64,000 nt of DNA from Bacteroidota bacterium. Its GTDB lineage: Bacteria > Bacteroidota > Bacteroidia > Flavobacteriales > BACL11. Below, one piece after another: positions 38,884-48,400 of the stretch; positions within the stretch are counted from its first letter, which is position 1; the number at the start of each line of letters is the position of its first letter. The position numbers and the translations under genes were made by a program. The stretch is taken from contig JAYZXD010000021.1 in NCBI GenBank assembly GCA_036141595.1, positions 7,969 through 71,968 on the forward strand. The letters run 5' to 3'. The notes below the pieces were generated by a model that was given only the letters and a program-made list of their open reading frames with translations, was not told the origin of the DNA and did no database searches.

Positions 38884-39009
38884 TTACGATTTATGATTAA
38901 CACTATTGGCTTGTCCAACTCCCTCACATGGTTCATGATATACTCCACATGAAGATAGCAAGAACATTAAGGCTAGAGCAGTAAGAGAAGTTATTAATAA
39001 ATTTTTCAT
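38884..39009 (-). CDS. Small putative lipoprotein (41 aa), absent from the ORF track
   Basis: Hand translation: [41 protein letters not shown]. Signal peptide with lipobox LSSC. It has its own TAttTTTG box 12 nt upstream and is the first cistron ahead of lipA. Confidence 0.45.
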   Translation of the reverse strand: MKNLLITSLTALALMFLLSSCGVYHEPCEGVGQANSVNHKS

Positions 39010-39021
39010 CTTTTTTTTTTG

Positions 39022-39029
39022 CAAAAATA
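39022..39029 (-). promoter_or_regulatory. Candidate -7 promoter box for the small lipoprotein-lipA unit
   Basis: Minus strand reads TAttTTTG, 12 nt upstream of the ATG at 39009. Confidence 0.45.
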
Positions 39030-39069
39030 CAACATTTAATTGTTGATTTATCATTTATTTAGTAGTTTG

Positions 39070-39077
39070 TATTTTTG
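39070..39077 (+). promoter_or_regulatory. Candidate -7 promoter box for ung
   Basis: TAttTTTG, 9 nt upstream of the ATG at 39087. It overlaps the TTG used by the ORF track, which argues for the 39087 start. Confidence 0.45.
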
Positions 39078-39086
39078 TTTTTTAAA

Positions 39087-39755
39087 ATGGAAATAAAATT
39101 TAATAATGATTGGGATAATATTTTAAATGAATTATTAAATAAAACTGCAACGAAACAATTATTTAATTTTATAAAAAAAGAAAGAAAAGAAAACAATGTT
39201 TTCCCAAAAAAAAGCAAAGTATTTAAAGCATTTGAGCTATGTTCATTTGAAGACACTAAAATTGTAATTATTGGTCAAGATCCATATCACAAAATAAATC
39301 AGGCAAATGGTTTAGCCTTTTCGGTGCCAAATACACAAAAATTACCTCCATCTTTAAAAAATATTTTTAAAGAATTAAATAACGATATGCTCATTAAAAT
39401 GTCAAATAAAGGAAATCTACATAATTGGGCTAAGCAGGGTGTATTATTACTTAATTGTATAATGACAGTACGTGAAAACGAGCCCGGATCACATAGTAAA
39501 TCGGGATGGGAGGACTTTACAGATTCGGTAATAAAAATTTTATCCAAGAAAAAAAAACATGTAATTTTTCTACTTTGGGGGAAATACGCCAAAAAAAAAC
39601 AAAAGATAATTAACAAACAAAAACATAGTATTTTAGTATCAGCTCACCCTTCACCTCTATCTGCTTACAGAGGTTTTTTTGGTTGCAAACATTTCTCAAA
39701 ATCAAATGAAATATTACGTAAAAAAAATATAAAAACAATCAACTGGAAAATTTAA
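39087..39755 (+). CDS. ung: Uracil-DNA glycosylase (family 1)
   Basis: GQDPYH, GLAFSV, LLLNCIMTV, HPSPLSA. Confidence 0.92.
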   Translation: MEIKFNNDWDNILNELLNKTATKQLFNFIKKERKENNVFPKKSKVFKAFELCSFEDTKIVIIGQDPYHKINQANGLAFSVPNTQKLPPSLKNIFKELNNDMLIKMSNKGNLHNWAKQGVLLLNCIMTVRENEPGSHSKSGWEDFTDSVIKILSKKKKHVIFLLWGKYAKKKQKIINKQKHSILVSAHPSPLSAYRGFFGCKHFSKSNEILRKKNIKTINWKI

Positions 39756-39833
39756 TGTTCTACAACTTTAATAAACTTTTAAATTACTTGCTACAAAGAA
39801 AAGAAGTTATTATTTTGTAAAAAATTTAAATAT

Positions 39834-41009
39834 ATGGAATTTATCATTTTAGCTCTATTAATAATATTAATTGGAATTATCATTTTTAATTTAAAATCAA
39901 TTAGAAATAATCAAAATGATTCTGAAAAAGAAAAAATTGAAAATTTACAAAATGATATTATTAAAAGAGAAGAAAACATAAAAAACCTAAATGATAACAT
40001 TAAAATATTAGAGGCGAAAATGCTATCTTTTGAACAAATTAAAACTGAAAAAACACAAATTCAGGAAAGATTAAAAATTGTTGAACAAGAGAGAAATAGT
40101 TTAAAAAACGAAGTTAACAAGTTGTTAAACAATGAAGAAAGTAGAAACGAAACTTTGAGAAAATCTATTGAATCAACTAATACGTTACAACAAAATCTTC
40201 AAACAGAAATTGCTCGAGTTAATGATGAAAGAGTAGAAAAAGAGAGAGAGCAGCAAGAAAAAATGAAAAAAAGTTGGGGAGAGCATGAAAAAGATGTTCA
40301 AAGATATATACAACTGATATGTAACAACAACATAATCAAATATATTGGACAAGAAGATTTTCCTTATCCAAGAAACAAACCTGATAATTGTATTGAAATT
40401 ATGGATCAATTGATAGTTTTTGATGCAAAAAGCCCAGCAAATGACGACTTAAGTAATTTTCCAAAATACATAAAAGATCAAACTGAAAATCTAAAAAAAT
40501 ATGCAAAGCATGAAAATGTTAAAAAAGATCTTTTTTTAGTTATACCATCAAATACTTTATCAGTAATAAACCAATACACATACAATGTTGGAGACTATAA
40601 TGTAAATGTTATAACAAAAGACTCACTTGAACCAATAATTCTTAGCTTAAAGAAAATTGAAGAATATGAGTTTGCTGACAAGCTAAGTCCAGAAGAAAGA
40701 GACAACATATGTAGAATAATTGGAAAATTTGCGCATACAACAAAAAGAAGAATTCAAATAGATCAGTTTTTTGCTAACGAATTTTTAGATACTCTAAGTA
40801 AGACAGGATCTTTACTTCCAAGAGAAATACTTGAAAGTGTTATTCAATTTGAAAATGCTGAAAAATTAAATCCTCCCATGGAAAAGAGAAAAAAACAAAT
40901 ATTGACAAAAGATCTTAAAAATCAGTCTGAAAAGCTAAAAAAAGAAATTGATTTAAGAGAAATACCTGAAATTGAGGCAAAAATTGAATTTAAAAACAAT
41001 GAAAAATAA
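39834..41009 (+). CDS. Membrane-anchored coiled-coil protein with a PD-(D/E)xK-like motif, RmuC-like (putative)
   Basis: N-terminal TM helix, ~130-aa coiled coil, then KPDNCIEIMDQLIVFDAKSP (P183-D184 ... D197-A198-K199), followed by KKYAKHENVKKDLFLVIPSN. The order and spacing recall RmuC. Confidence 0.55.
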   Translation: MEFIILALLIILIGIIIFNLKSIRNNQNDSEKEKIENLQNDIIKREENIKNLNDNIKILEAKMLSFEQIKTEKTQIQERLKIVEQERNSLKNEVNKLLNNEESRNETLRKSIESTNTLQQNLQTEIARVNDERVEKEREQQEKMKKSWGEHEKDVQRYIQLICNNNIIKYIGQEDFPYPRNKPDNCIEIMDQLIVFDAKSPANDDLSNFPKYIKDQTENLKKYAKHENVKKDLFLVIPSNTLSVINQYTYNVGDYNVNVITKDSLEPIILSLKKIEEYEFADKLSPEERDNICRIIGKFAHTTKRRIQIDQFFANEFLDTLSKTGSLLPREILESVIQFENAEKLNPPMEKRKKQILTKDLKNQSEKLKKEIDLREIPEIEAKIEFKNNEK

Positions 41010-41733
41010 AGATATTGTTTTTGGTATAAAACCAATAATTGAAGTTATAAAAAGTGGAAAAACAATTGATAAATTGTTTATCCAAAAGGGCTTACATAAC
41101 GAATCTTTTGCTGTATTATGGAAGCTAGTGAGATCAAATAGAATAAATTATAAACATGTTCCACTAGAAAAAATTAATCGAATTACAAGAAAAAATCACC
41201 AGGGTGTTGTAGCATTTATTTCTCCAATTGACTTTTATAATATCGAAGATATTGTTCCTGTAATATTTGAATCAGGAAGAAATCCTCTTATTTTAATTTT
41301 AGATAGAATTACAGATGTAAGGAATTTTGGCGCAATAACAAGAACGGCTGAATGTGCTGGAGTAGATGCAATATTAGTTCCAGAACAACAATCAGCTGCT
41401 ATAAATGCAGATGCTATCAAAACATCTTCTGGTGCTTTGCACAAAATTAAAATTTGTAGAACATGGAATATTAAGCTAAGTATTCAATTTTTAAAAGATA
41501 GTGGTATTCAAATTATAGGATGCTCTGAAAAAGCTAAAAGAAGTATTTACGATGTTAACATGCAAAGTCCAACAGGAATTATCATTGGGTCCGAAGAAAA
41601 TGGAATTTCAAAAGAATATTTAAATATGTGCAAATACACAACAAAAATTCCTATTTACGGAACAATTTCTTCGCTAAATGCATCAGTAGCAACTGGAATA
41701 ATTCTTTACGAGTTATTAAGACAAAGAAGTTAA
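40999..41733 (+). CDS. rlmB: SpoU/TrmH-family 23S rRNA 2'-O-ribose methyltransferase (RlmB-like)
   Basis: LDRITDVRNFGAITRTAE, IIGSEENGIS, SLNASVATGIILYE. ATG 40999 is preferred over the TTG at 40972. Confidence 0.85.
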   Translation: MKNKDIVFGIKPIIEVIKSGKTIDKLFIQKGLHNESFAVLWKLVRSNRINYKHVPLEKINRITRKNHQGVVAFISPIDFYNIEDIVPVIFESGRNPLILILDRITDVRNFGAITRTAECAGVDAILVPEQQSAAINADAIKTSSGALHKIKICRTWNIKLSIQFLKDSGIQIIGCSEKAKRSIYDVNMQSPTGIIIGSEENGISKEYLNMCKYTTKIPIYGTISSLNASVATGIILYELLRQRS

Positions 41734-41739
41734 CTAAGT

Positions 41740-42462
41740 ATGGAATGGTTTAAAAATTGGTTTGATTCGCCGTACTATCATATTCTTTATAAAAAGAGAG
41801 ATAGCATTGAAGCAAAATTTTTTATTGATAATTTAATTAATTTTTTACAAGTTCCAAATAACAGTAAAATTATTGACATTGCGTGTGGCAAAGGAAGACA
41901 TTCAATTTATCTTGAACAAAAAAAAATGAATGTTACAGGAATTGATATATCTCAAAAAAGCATTGATTATGCCAAAAAATATGAAAATGATAATTTACAT
42001 TTCTTTAAACACGATATGCGAAGGGAATTTAAAAAAGATACATATGATTTTGCTTTAAACCTTTTTACTTCTTTTGGCTATTTTAAAACTATTGAAGAAC
42101 ATCAAGCTGCAATTAACGCTATGGCGCTAAATTTAAAAAAAGAGGGGTATTTAATTATTGATTTCATGAACGTAAATAAAACTTTAAAAGATTTAGTGTA
42201 TAATGAAGAAAAAAAAGTTGATGGCATACATTTTAATATCACAAGAAAGTTAAAACAAAATTACATAGAAAAAAAAATTACGTTTCAAAATAAAAAACAA
42301 GATTATGTTTTTAAGGAGAAGGTAATGGCTTTTAGACTTTCTGATCTTTCTAATTTCGTTGTTAATGCCAAACTAAAAATAGTTAATGTTTTTGGGGATT
42401 ATAGTTTTATGGAATTTAACGAAGAAACATCTGACAGAGTAATCTTAATTTGCAAAAAATAA
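41740..42462 (+). CDS. Class I SAM-dependent methyltransferase (substrate unknown)
   Basis: Motif I IIDIACGKGRHS, post-I GIDIS, motif II/III region LNLFTSFGY ... LKKEGYLIID. Confidence 0.75.
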   Translation: MEWFKNWFDSPYYHILYKKRDSIEAKFFIDNLINFLQVPNNSKIIDIACGKGRHSIYLEQKKMNVTGIDISQKSIDYAKKYENDNLHFFKHDMRREFKKDTYDFALNLFTSFGYFKTIEEHQAAINAMALNLKKEGYLIIDFMNVNKTLKDLVYNEEKKVDGIHFNITRKLKQNYIEKKITFQNKKQDYVFKEKVMAFRLSDLSNFVVNAKLKIVNVFGDYSFMEFNEETSDRVILICKK

Positions 42463-42484
42463 TCTAAATTTTAATTCTTGGAAT

Positions 42485-43018
42485 ATGAATCAAAAATATG
42501 TAATAACTGGTGGTCCTGGAACGGGAAAGACATCAATAATAAGAGAACTTTCAAGTAGAAATTTTTTTTGTGTTAAAGAAAATGCAAGAGAGAGTGTGTT
42601 TTCAAGAGATAATAAAGTAGATAAACTTAGCTCTTACATTCATTACGAAAATAAAATTTCTGATTTAAGAACTAAAAGTTATGCTATTACTCCAAACAAC
42701 CAAATTTGTTTTTTTGATAGAAGTGTATTTGATTGTTTAGCGTATTTAAAGATAAAAAAGATTGAAGCTTCAAGCCAAATAAAAAAAAATATTAAAACAT
42801 GTATCTTCAACAAGAAATTATTTTTCACACCTTTTTGGGCAGAAATATTTAAAAATGATAAAGTCAGAACTGAGAGTATTATAGAAGCAAAAAAAATAGA
42901 AAAAACATTACTTGAAACTTATAAAAGTTTTGGATTTAAACCAATTATAATTCCAAAAGATAAAGTAAATAAAAGAGTAGATTTTATAATTTCATATTTA
43001 AATCTTAAAAAAAAATAA
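42485..43018 (+). CDS. Small P-loop NTPase (AAA_28/NadR-kinase-like, COG3911-type), function unknown
   Basis: Walker A GGPGTGKTS, FFDRSVFDCLAY. 177 aa. Confidence 0.65.
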   Translation: MNQKYVITGGPGTGKTSIIRELSSRNFFCVKENARESVFSRDNKVDKLSSYIHYENKISDLRTKSYAITPNNQICFFDRSVFDCLAYLKIKKIEASSQIKKNIKTCIFNKKLFFTPFWAEIFKNDKVRTESIIEAKKIEKTLLETYKSFGFKPIIIPKDKVNKRVDFIISYLNLKKK

Positions 43019-43020
43019 TG

Positions 43021-43028
43021 TAATTTTG
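43021..43028 (+). promoter_or_regulatory. Candidate -7 promoter box for the peroxiredoxin gene
   Basis: TAatTTTG, 25 nt upstream of the ATG at 43054. Confidence 0.45.
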
Positions 43029-43053
43029 TAAATTATTAACCAAATCAATAATT

Positions 43054-43686
43054 ATGGCTGTATTAGTAGGCAAAAAAGCGCCCTTATTTAAAACAAAGGC
43101 GGTAATAAATGGGGGTGAAATTGTAAATGACTTTTCACTAGAACAAATTTTAGGAAAAAAAACAATTGTTCTGTTCTTTTATCCAAAAGACTTTACATTT
43201 GTTTGTCCTACTGAATTGTTTGCATTTCAAGAAAAGATTGAAGAATTTAAATCTAGAAACGTTGAACTTATTGCATGCTCCACAGACAGTGAACAGTCAC
43301 ATTGGGGATGGCTACAGGTAGAAAAAGAAAAAGGTGGAATCAAAGGAATTACTTATCCAATTTTAGCAGATATTGACAAAACAATCAGCATGAACTATGA
43401 TGTGCTTTTTGGAGACTATGAAGTAGACGAAAACGAGTCGCTTAGTGCTACTGGACCAATGATTGCATTCAGAGCTCTGTTTATAATAGATAAAAATGGT
43501 ATCGTTCAACATCAACTTGTTAACCATCTTCCTCTAGGAAGAAACGTTGATGAGGCAATTAGGATGGTAGACGCTTTACATCATCATGAAGAAAATGGAG
43601 AAGTTTGTCCTGCTAATTGGAAACAAGGTGATGAAGCTATGAACGAAAGTCATGAAAGTGTAGCAGATTACTTATCAAAAATCTAA
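43054..43686 (+). CDS. Typical 2-Cys peroxiredoxin (AhpC/Prx1 subfamily)
   Basis: Peroxidatic site FFYPKDFTFVCPTE, resolving Cys GEVCPANW. Confidence 0.92.
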   Translation: MAVLVGKKAPLFKTKAVINGGEIVNDFSLEQILGKKTIVLFFYPKDFTFVCPTELFAFQEKIEEFKSRNVELIACSTDSEQSHWGWLQVEKEKGGIKGITYPILADIDKTISMNYDVLFGDYEVDENESLSATGPMIAFRALFIIDKNGIVQHQLVNHLPLGRNVDEAIRMVDALHHHEENGEVCPANWKQGDEAMNESHESVADYLSKI

Positions 43687-43755
43687 GATTTTATAAATTT
43701 TTTCAAATCATTTCATAACTTTAATTGAAAAGTTACAAATTAATAACTTAAAATA

Positions 43756-44235
43756 TTAGTTCTTTTTTAAAAGTACAGTTGCGTATGCTGAAACCCCTTC
43801 TTCTCTACCAACAAAACTTAATTTTTCGGTTGTAGTTGCCTTAACTGAAATTAAATCTTCCTCTATATTAAGACATTTAGCAATTGTTGTGCTCATATTT
43901 GATGTATAATCAGATATTTTTGGTTTTTCTAAACATATTGTTGAATCAATATTACATATTATGTAACCTTTGTTACAAACTAAATCATTCACAGTCGATA
44001 ATAGAAGTTTACTGTCAATACCCTTGTATTTGTTGTCGTTATCAGGAAAATGTTTACCAATGTCGCCCATATTAGCTGCTCCCAACAAAGCATCGCAAAT
44101 AGCATGAACTAAAACATCTGCATCAGAATGGCCAATAGCCCCCTTAGTATGAGGAACTAATATACCTCCAAGCCAAAATTGATGTCCAACCTCAAGTTTG
44201 TGTACATCAAAACCAAATCCAATTCTTAATTCCAT
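43756..44235 (-). CDS. ispF: 2-C-methyl-D-erythritol 2,4-cyclodiphosphate synthase
   Basis: GFGFDVHKL, GHSDADVLVHA, TTTEKLSFVGREEG. The start overlaps the porV stop (TAATG). Confidence 0.93.
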   Translation of the reverse strand: MELRIGFGFDVHKLEVGHQFWLGGILVPHTKGAIGHSDADVLVHAICDALLGAANMGDIGKHFPDNDNKYKGIDSKLLLSTVNDLVCNKGYIICNIDSTICLEKPKISDYTSNMSTTIAKCLNIEEDLISVKATTTEKLSFVGREEGVSAYATVLLKKN

Positions 44236-45413
44236 TAATTGATTGATGTTTTAGGATCCCCAAAATTCCATGTCATAGAAAAACGCATTGTATTTGCAAG
44301 AGGATTAGTTCCATTTATGGCTCTACTTGCATTAACTAAATAGGAAAAATCTAAAATAAACACATTATATTTCAATCCTGAACCGAAGGTGAAAAACTTT
44401 CTTCCTCCTTTAGTATTATGTTCGAAAAAATACCCTGTTCTTATAGCAAATTGATCATTATACCAATATTCAGTTCCAACTGAATAATTTATTTCTCTCA
44501 TTTCTTCTTTAAATCCGCCAGGTGCATCTCCAAATGATTGAAATATTCCTGAAACAACAGCAACATCTGGATCTTGACCTTCAATAATATCTCCATCTGA
44601 ATTATATCTTGGAGGTGTTGGAACTAATAATTTATTTATATCCAGTGCTATCGATAGTTTATTGTAGTCATCAAGATCTGACGAAATAGCAGAACCAAAT
44701 CTTAAATTAATTGGTATAAAATCTCTTGTTGAGGTTTCTGAATAAGCAATTTTACTACCTATATTAGAAATATTTAAGCCTAAAGAAAAATCCATATCTT
44801 TTTTTGCAATTGAAATTGGTTTAGTGTAAAACCCTGATACATCTGCAGCAATTGCTTGTCCTGCTTTAGTTGCAATTGAGCCCGCATACTGACCTCCAGT
44901 TAAATTGGAATATATATATCTACCCGAAATCGCTAAAGAAAAAAGGTCAGATAATTTTCTTGAGTAAGCAGAACCAATAGCGAATTCATTTGGTTTATAT
45001 TGACCAACAACATCTCCTTCTGTATTAGTAAATGTAATGTCTCCCAATGAAAAATATCTAAGCTCAACTCCAACAGCTTCATTTTTATTTAATTTTTTAA
45101 AACCACCAATATATGATAAGTTAATATCAGGTACCAACGCTCTAAGCCACGGAACATAAGATACAGACATACCTAAGTCTCCATCTGCAAAAATTAATTT
45201 TGATGGATTCCAATGTAGAGAGTATGAATCAGCTGATGTTGCAACCCCAACATCTCCCATTGCTCCAGATCTGGAATCGGGTCCAATTAATAAAAAGGGA
45301 ACAGCCGTTGTAATTGTATTTAAATCATTTTGACCTATACCATTTTCAATATTTTGAGCTTTTAAGTTGAATAAAATTAAGCATGTAAATAAAAATACGA
45401 TATTTCTTTTCAT
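44235..45413 (-). CDS. porV: T9SS outer-membrane shuttle/anchor barrel PorV (LptO)
   Basis: Signal peptide. Hallmark TTAVPFLLIGPDSRSGAMGDVGVA...HWNPSKL. ~390 aa. Immediately downstream of porU. Confidence 0.88.
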   Translation of the reverse strand: MKRNIVFLFTCLILFNLKAQNIENGIGQNDLNTITTAVPFLLIGPDSRSGAMGDVGVATSADSYSLHWNPSKLIFADGDLGMSVSYVPWLRALVPDINLSYIGGFKKLNKNEAVGVELRYFSLGDITFTNTEGDVVGQYKPNEFAIGSAYSRKLSDLFSLAISGRYIYSNLTGGQYAGSIATKAGQAIAADVSGFYTKPISIAKKDMDFSLGLNISNIGSKIAYSETSTRDFIPINLRFGSAISSDLDDYNKLSIALDINKLLVPTPPRYNSDGDIIEGQDPDVAVVSGIFQSFGDAPGGFKEEMREINYSVGTEYWYNDQFAIRTGYFFEHNTKGGRKFFTFGSGLKYNVFILDFSYLVNASRAINGTNPLANTMRFSMTWNFGDPKTSIN

Positions 45414-45435
45414 AGTTAAAAAATTTCTTGTTTTG

Positions 45436-45443
45436 CAAATATA
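45436..45443 (-). promoter_or_regulatory. Candidate -7 promoter box for porV-ispF inside the porU-porV gap
   Basis: Minus strand reads TAtaTTTG, 22 nt upstream of the ATG at 45413. Confidence 0.4.
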
Positions 45444-45471
45444 ATTGTTTTAATTAGGCTGTTAACGTAAC

Positions 45472-48400
45472 TTAATGAGGTAAAAGTATTACTCTTGTTG
45501 ATTTATTTATAAATTTAGTCTTATTTTCCTCAGATATTGTCAGATTTGCAATATATATTCCAGCATTAACTCTTGAACCAAAATTATTTGTCCCATCCCA
45601 AATAATTGGTCCTACTCTGTAACCCTCATTTATAAATGATGATAAATCAATACTTTTAATTAAAACTCCCGTTATTGAATAAATATTTAAAATATAATCC
45701 AATTCGCGATCGGATTGATTATGCTGAAAATAAAATTCAGTTGAAAAAGAAAATGGATTTGGATAATTAATAAAATCGGTCACAACTAAATTGTCATCTG
45801 AAACGACAGTAAAAGTAATTTCTGCCTCGGTCGAATTATTAAACACATCCCAAACTTTTACTTTAATTCGATGATCTCCTGATTCTAAGTTATAAAAAGG
45901 AAAAACTATATAGCCGTTTTGGTAATCGTCTTTATTTGTTTGGTAAAAATCATTTAAAATGTAGGGGTTTGATGTCTCATCGTCAAGAATTGCAGTTATG
46001 TCATGTCCTATTCCATTACCAACAGTATTAATGCCACTGAAATCAAAAATACGTACAAATAGTTTTGGATTTGAATTAGTGATACCACCATCAACAAAAA
46101 GAGTGTCGTTCATGTACAATGATATTTCAGGACCATCGTAATCATAATTAATATTGTTTGCCATTCCACCAATAATAAAATTATTTTCAACTCCGTTTGC
46201 GTCTAATGGATTTTGTCCATTTTCATTAAATGCATAGTATGAAATTTTTCCATCTCCATAATTATAATCAATATCTTTTGGAACAATAAATGAAAATGAA
46301 AATTCACCATCTATAACGCTTGCTGCCCCTTTATATATAATATTATTTTGATCTCTGTAAGGCATTGGAGAACTACTTTCTTGGCCAAGAGTAGTTTTAA
46401 TAATTTCTTTATCAAAAACTGTGGGATATATTATTCCATTAAAATCTGGCATCAGCACACCATCAGATTGAATTTGACCTTCAATTGTTACTTGACTTAA
46501 TGCTTTTAGGGTATCATTTAACTTGGTTGTTATAACATCAAATCTTGGATAGCTTAGTCGTAAAGCAGGATTACCCAAAAGAGTAAAATTTCTATTATTC
46601 ATAGAAGTACCACTCAATCTTTTGGTTTCTTTAAAAATATCTCCTAATCGTAAACTTACCAAATCATTATTTTTGTCAAAAACTGTCTTAATAAATTTTG
46701 TATTTAGATTATAGTTTGGCGCAGAATAAACTAAACGTGTAGTACTTAATAATGCAATTGCCCCTCCTGTTGGATTAAGTAATACTTGTTCTCCAGCAGA
46801 CTGCTCTTCAGGGTTATCAAAATATGAAAACTTACAGGTGGCTGTCATAAAAAGGGGCAATTTATTACTATTGCTCCAACCTTGAATTTGATCTATTTCC
46901 AAAATGCGCTCTTGAGTCCATCCAAGAGGCCCCCCATGACCGGTATAATTTACAAGCAAAACTCCTTTATCAATTTTAGAATTTATAGCATTTTGAGCTT
47001 GCTCGGACCTGGGACCTCCAGGAGTTGACTCTTGCAAATAATTATCAAGATAAATTTTTTGTATATTAACTTCACGGTGATTGTCTGCAACATAGTTAGC
47101 TAAGCTATCAGCTTGCCACATATGAGTATTTCCATCATTTGCATCACCATCATCTGCTATAAAAACAACATCATTTCTCCAGCTGCCAAAGGAATTTACA
47201 TCATAATATTGTTTAACCTTATCTACCAGAATATTAGCTTCTTGTTTTGTTGAAACAGGAAATCTACCAACACCTATATCTACCAAATCATTTAGGAAAA
47301 GTCCCTCATTATCGTCAAGTAATGCAAAATAATCATCTGTCACATAGGATTTAGTTGGATCAGTTGAATTTAAAGATTGATATGTTGGTATATAATTAGT
47401 GTTATTTAAAATTCTATCCTTTGGATCAAATGATCCATCTCCAAAAAGTAATAAATATTTGAGCTTTGAATCTTCCTTATCATATTGTTTTTTTACAAAA
47501 TCTCTAATTGCTGTCACATCTTGCATACCAGATGAAAATTCATTATAAATTTGTTTTGGAGTAACAACTACTGAAAACATGTTATCTTTATCATGATGGA
47601 AATCTGCTAACCTTTGAGCAGATTCTAAAAACTTTGGATGTGAAACAATAATAAATTCAATATCTGACGAGAGACTACGAATATTTTGGTTAACAATTAT
47701 GTCTTTGAAAGCAGGTGTCAAATAAAAGGATTTGTCAAATGCAATATACTCTTGTAGAGTATTTAAAGAATCAATAAAAATTAATGTATCATCATCTACT
47801 TGAGTCACTAACTTCTTTGCCTGAGTTGGATTAGTTATGTTCCATACTTCCATCCCCGCGCCATTCTCAATTTTGAAAGCTCCAATACCTTGACCAACGG
47901 TTATAGTATTTCTAAAATTAAATTGCGAAGCATTGGCTTTAAGTTTTCTTTGAGCATTTATCTCAATATAATCAAGCCAGGCTTGCGCTCCATTATCTGA
48001 TGATAAATATTGAAGATCTAAATCTAAATTTGAAGAGTTAGTGTAAATTTGAATAGTACTACTAATTTCTTTAGCATATTCTCGAGCGTATTGTGTAGAA
48101 ACAATTGGCATGCTTACATTATTTACTAATAAATTATTAATACTTAAAAGAAAATTAGAAGGTTGAAATGACCTTGAAACGACCGCCAACTTTACATTAA
48201 TAGGATTAGTCTGAATTACGTCAGGGATATTAAAATTAAAATTTTTTGTTGTGTTTGAAGAAAAAACTTCTCCAAACCACTTACTTCCCGAATTTATTAA
48301 ATTTACTTTTTCATCTTCATGATTGATGTAAAAATTATATGATCTTATATCAATATTAGCATTAAAAACTTCAGAAGCAAGTGGTACTGTTTTTGGATTT

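Noticed and set aside
38598-38900. 100-aa ORF antisense to the lipA 5' region
   Set aside because: It lies opposite the conserved lipA Fe-S motifs and also overlaps the better-supported small lipoprotein ORF on the other strand. It shows no motif.
39011-39020. T10 homopolymer between the small-lipoprotein ATG and its promoter box as a phase-variation tract
   Set aside because: A/T runs of 8-10 nt are frequent throughout this AT-rich window, for example A9 at 611-619 and T9 near 38862-38870 within CDSs. Unlike the G8 run, this tract does not stand out from the background.
43716-43735. Hairpin TAACTTT-aattga-AAAGTTA between convergent peroxiredoxin and ispF genes as a terminator
   Set aside because: The stem is 7 bp with only one G-C pair, and neither side has a flanking U/A tract. 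This is too weak to call in such AT-rich DNA.
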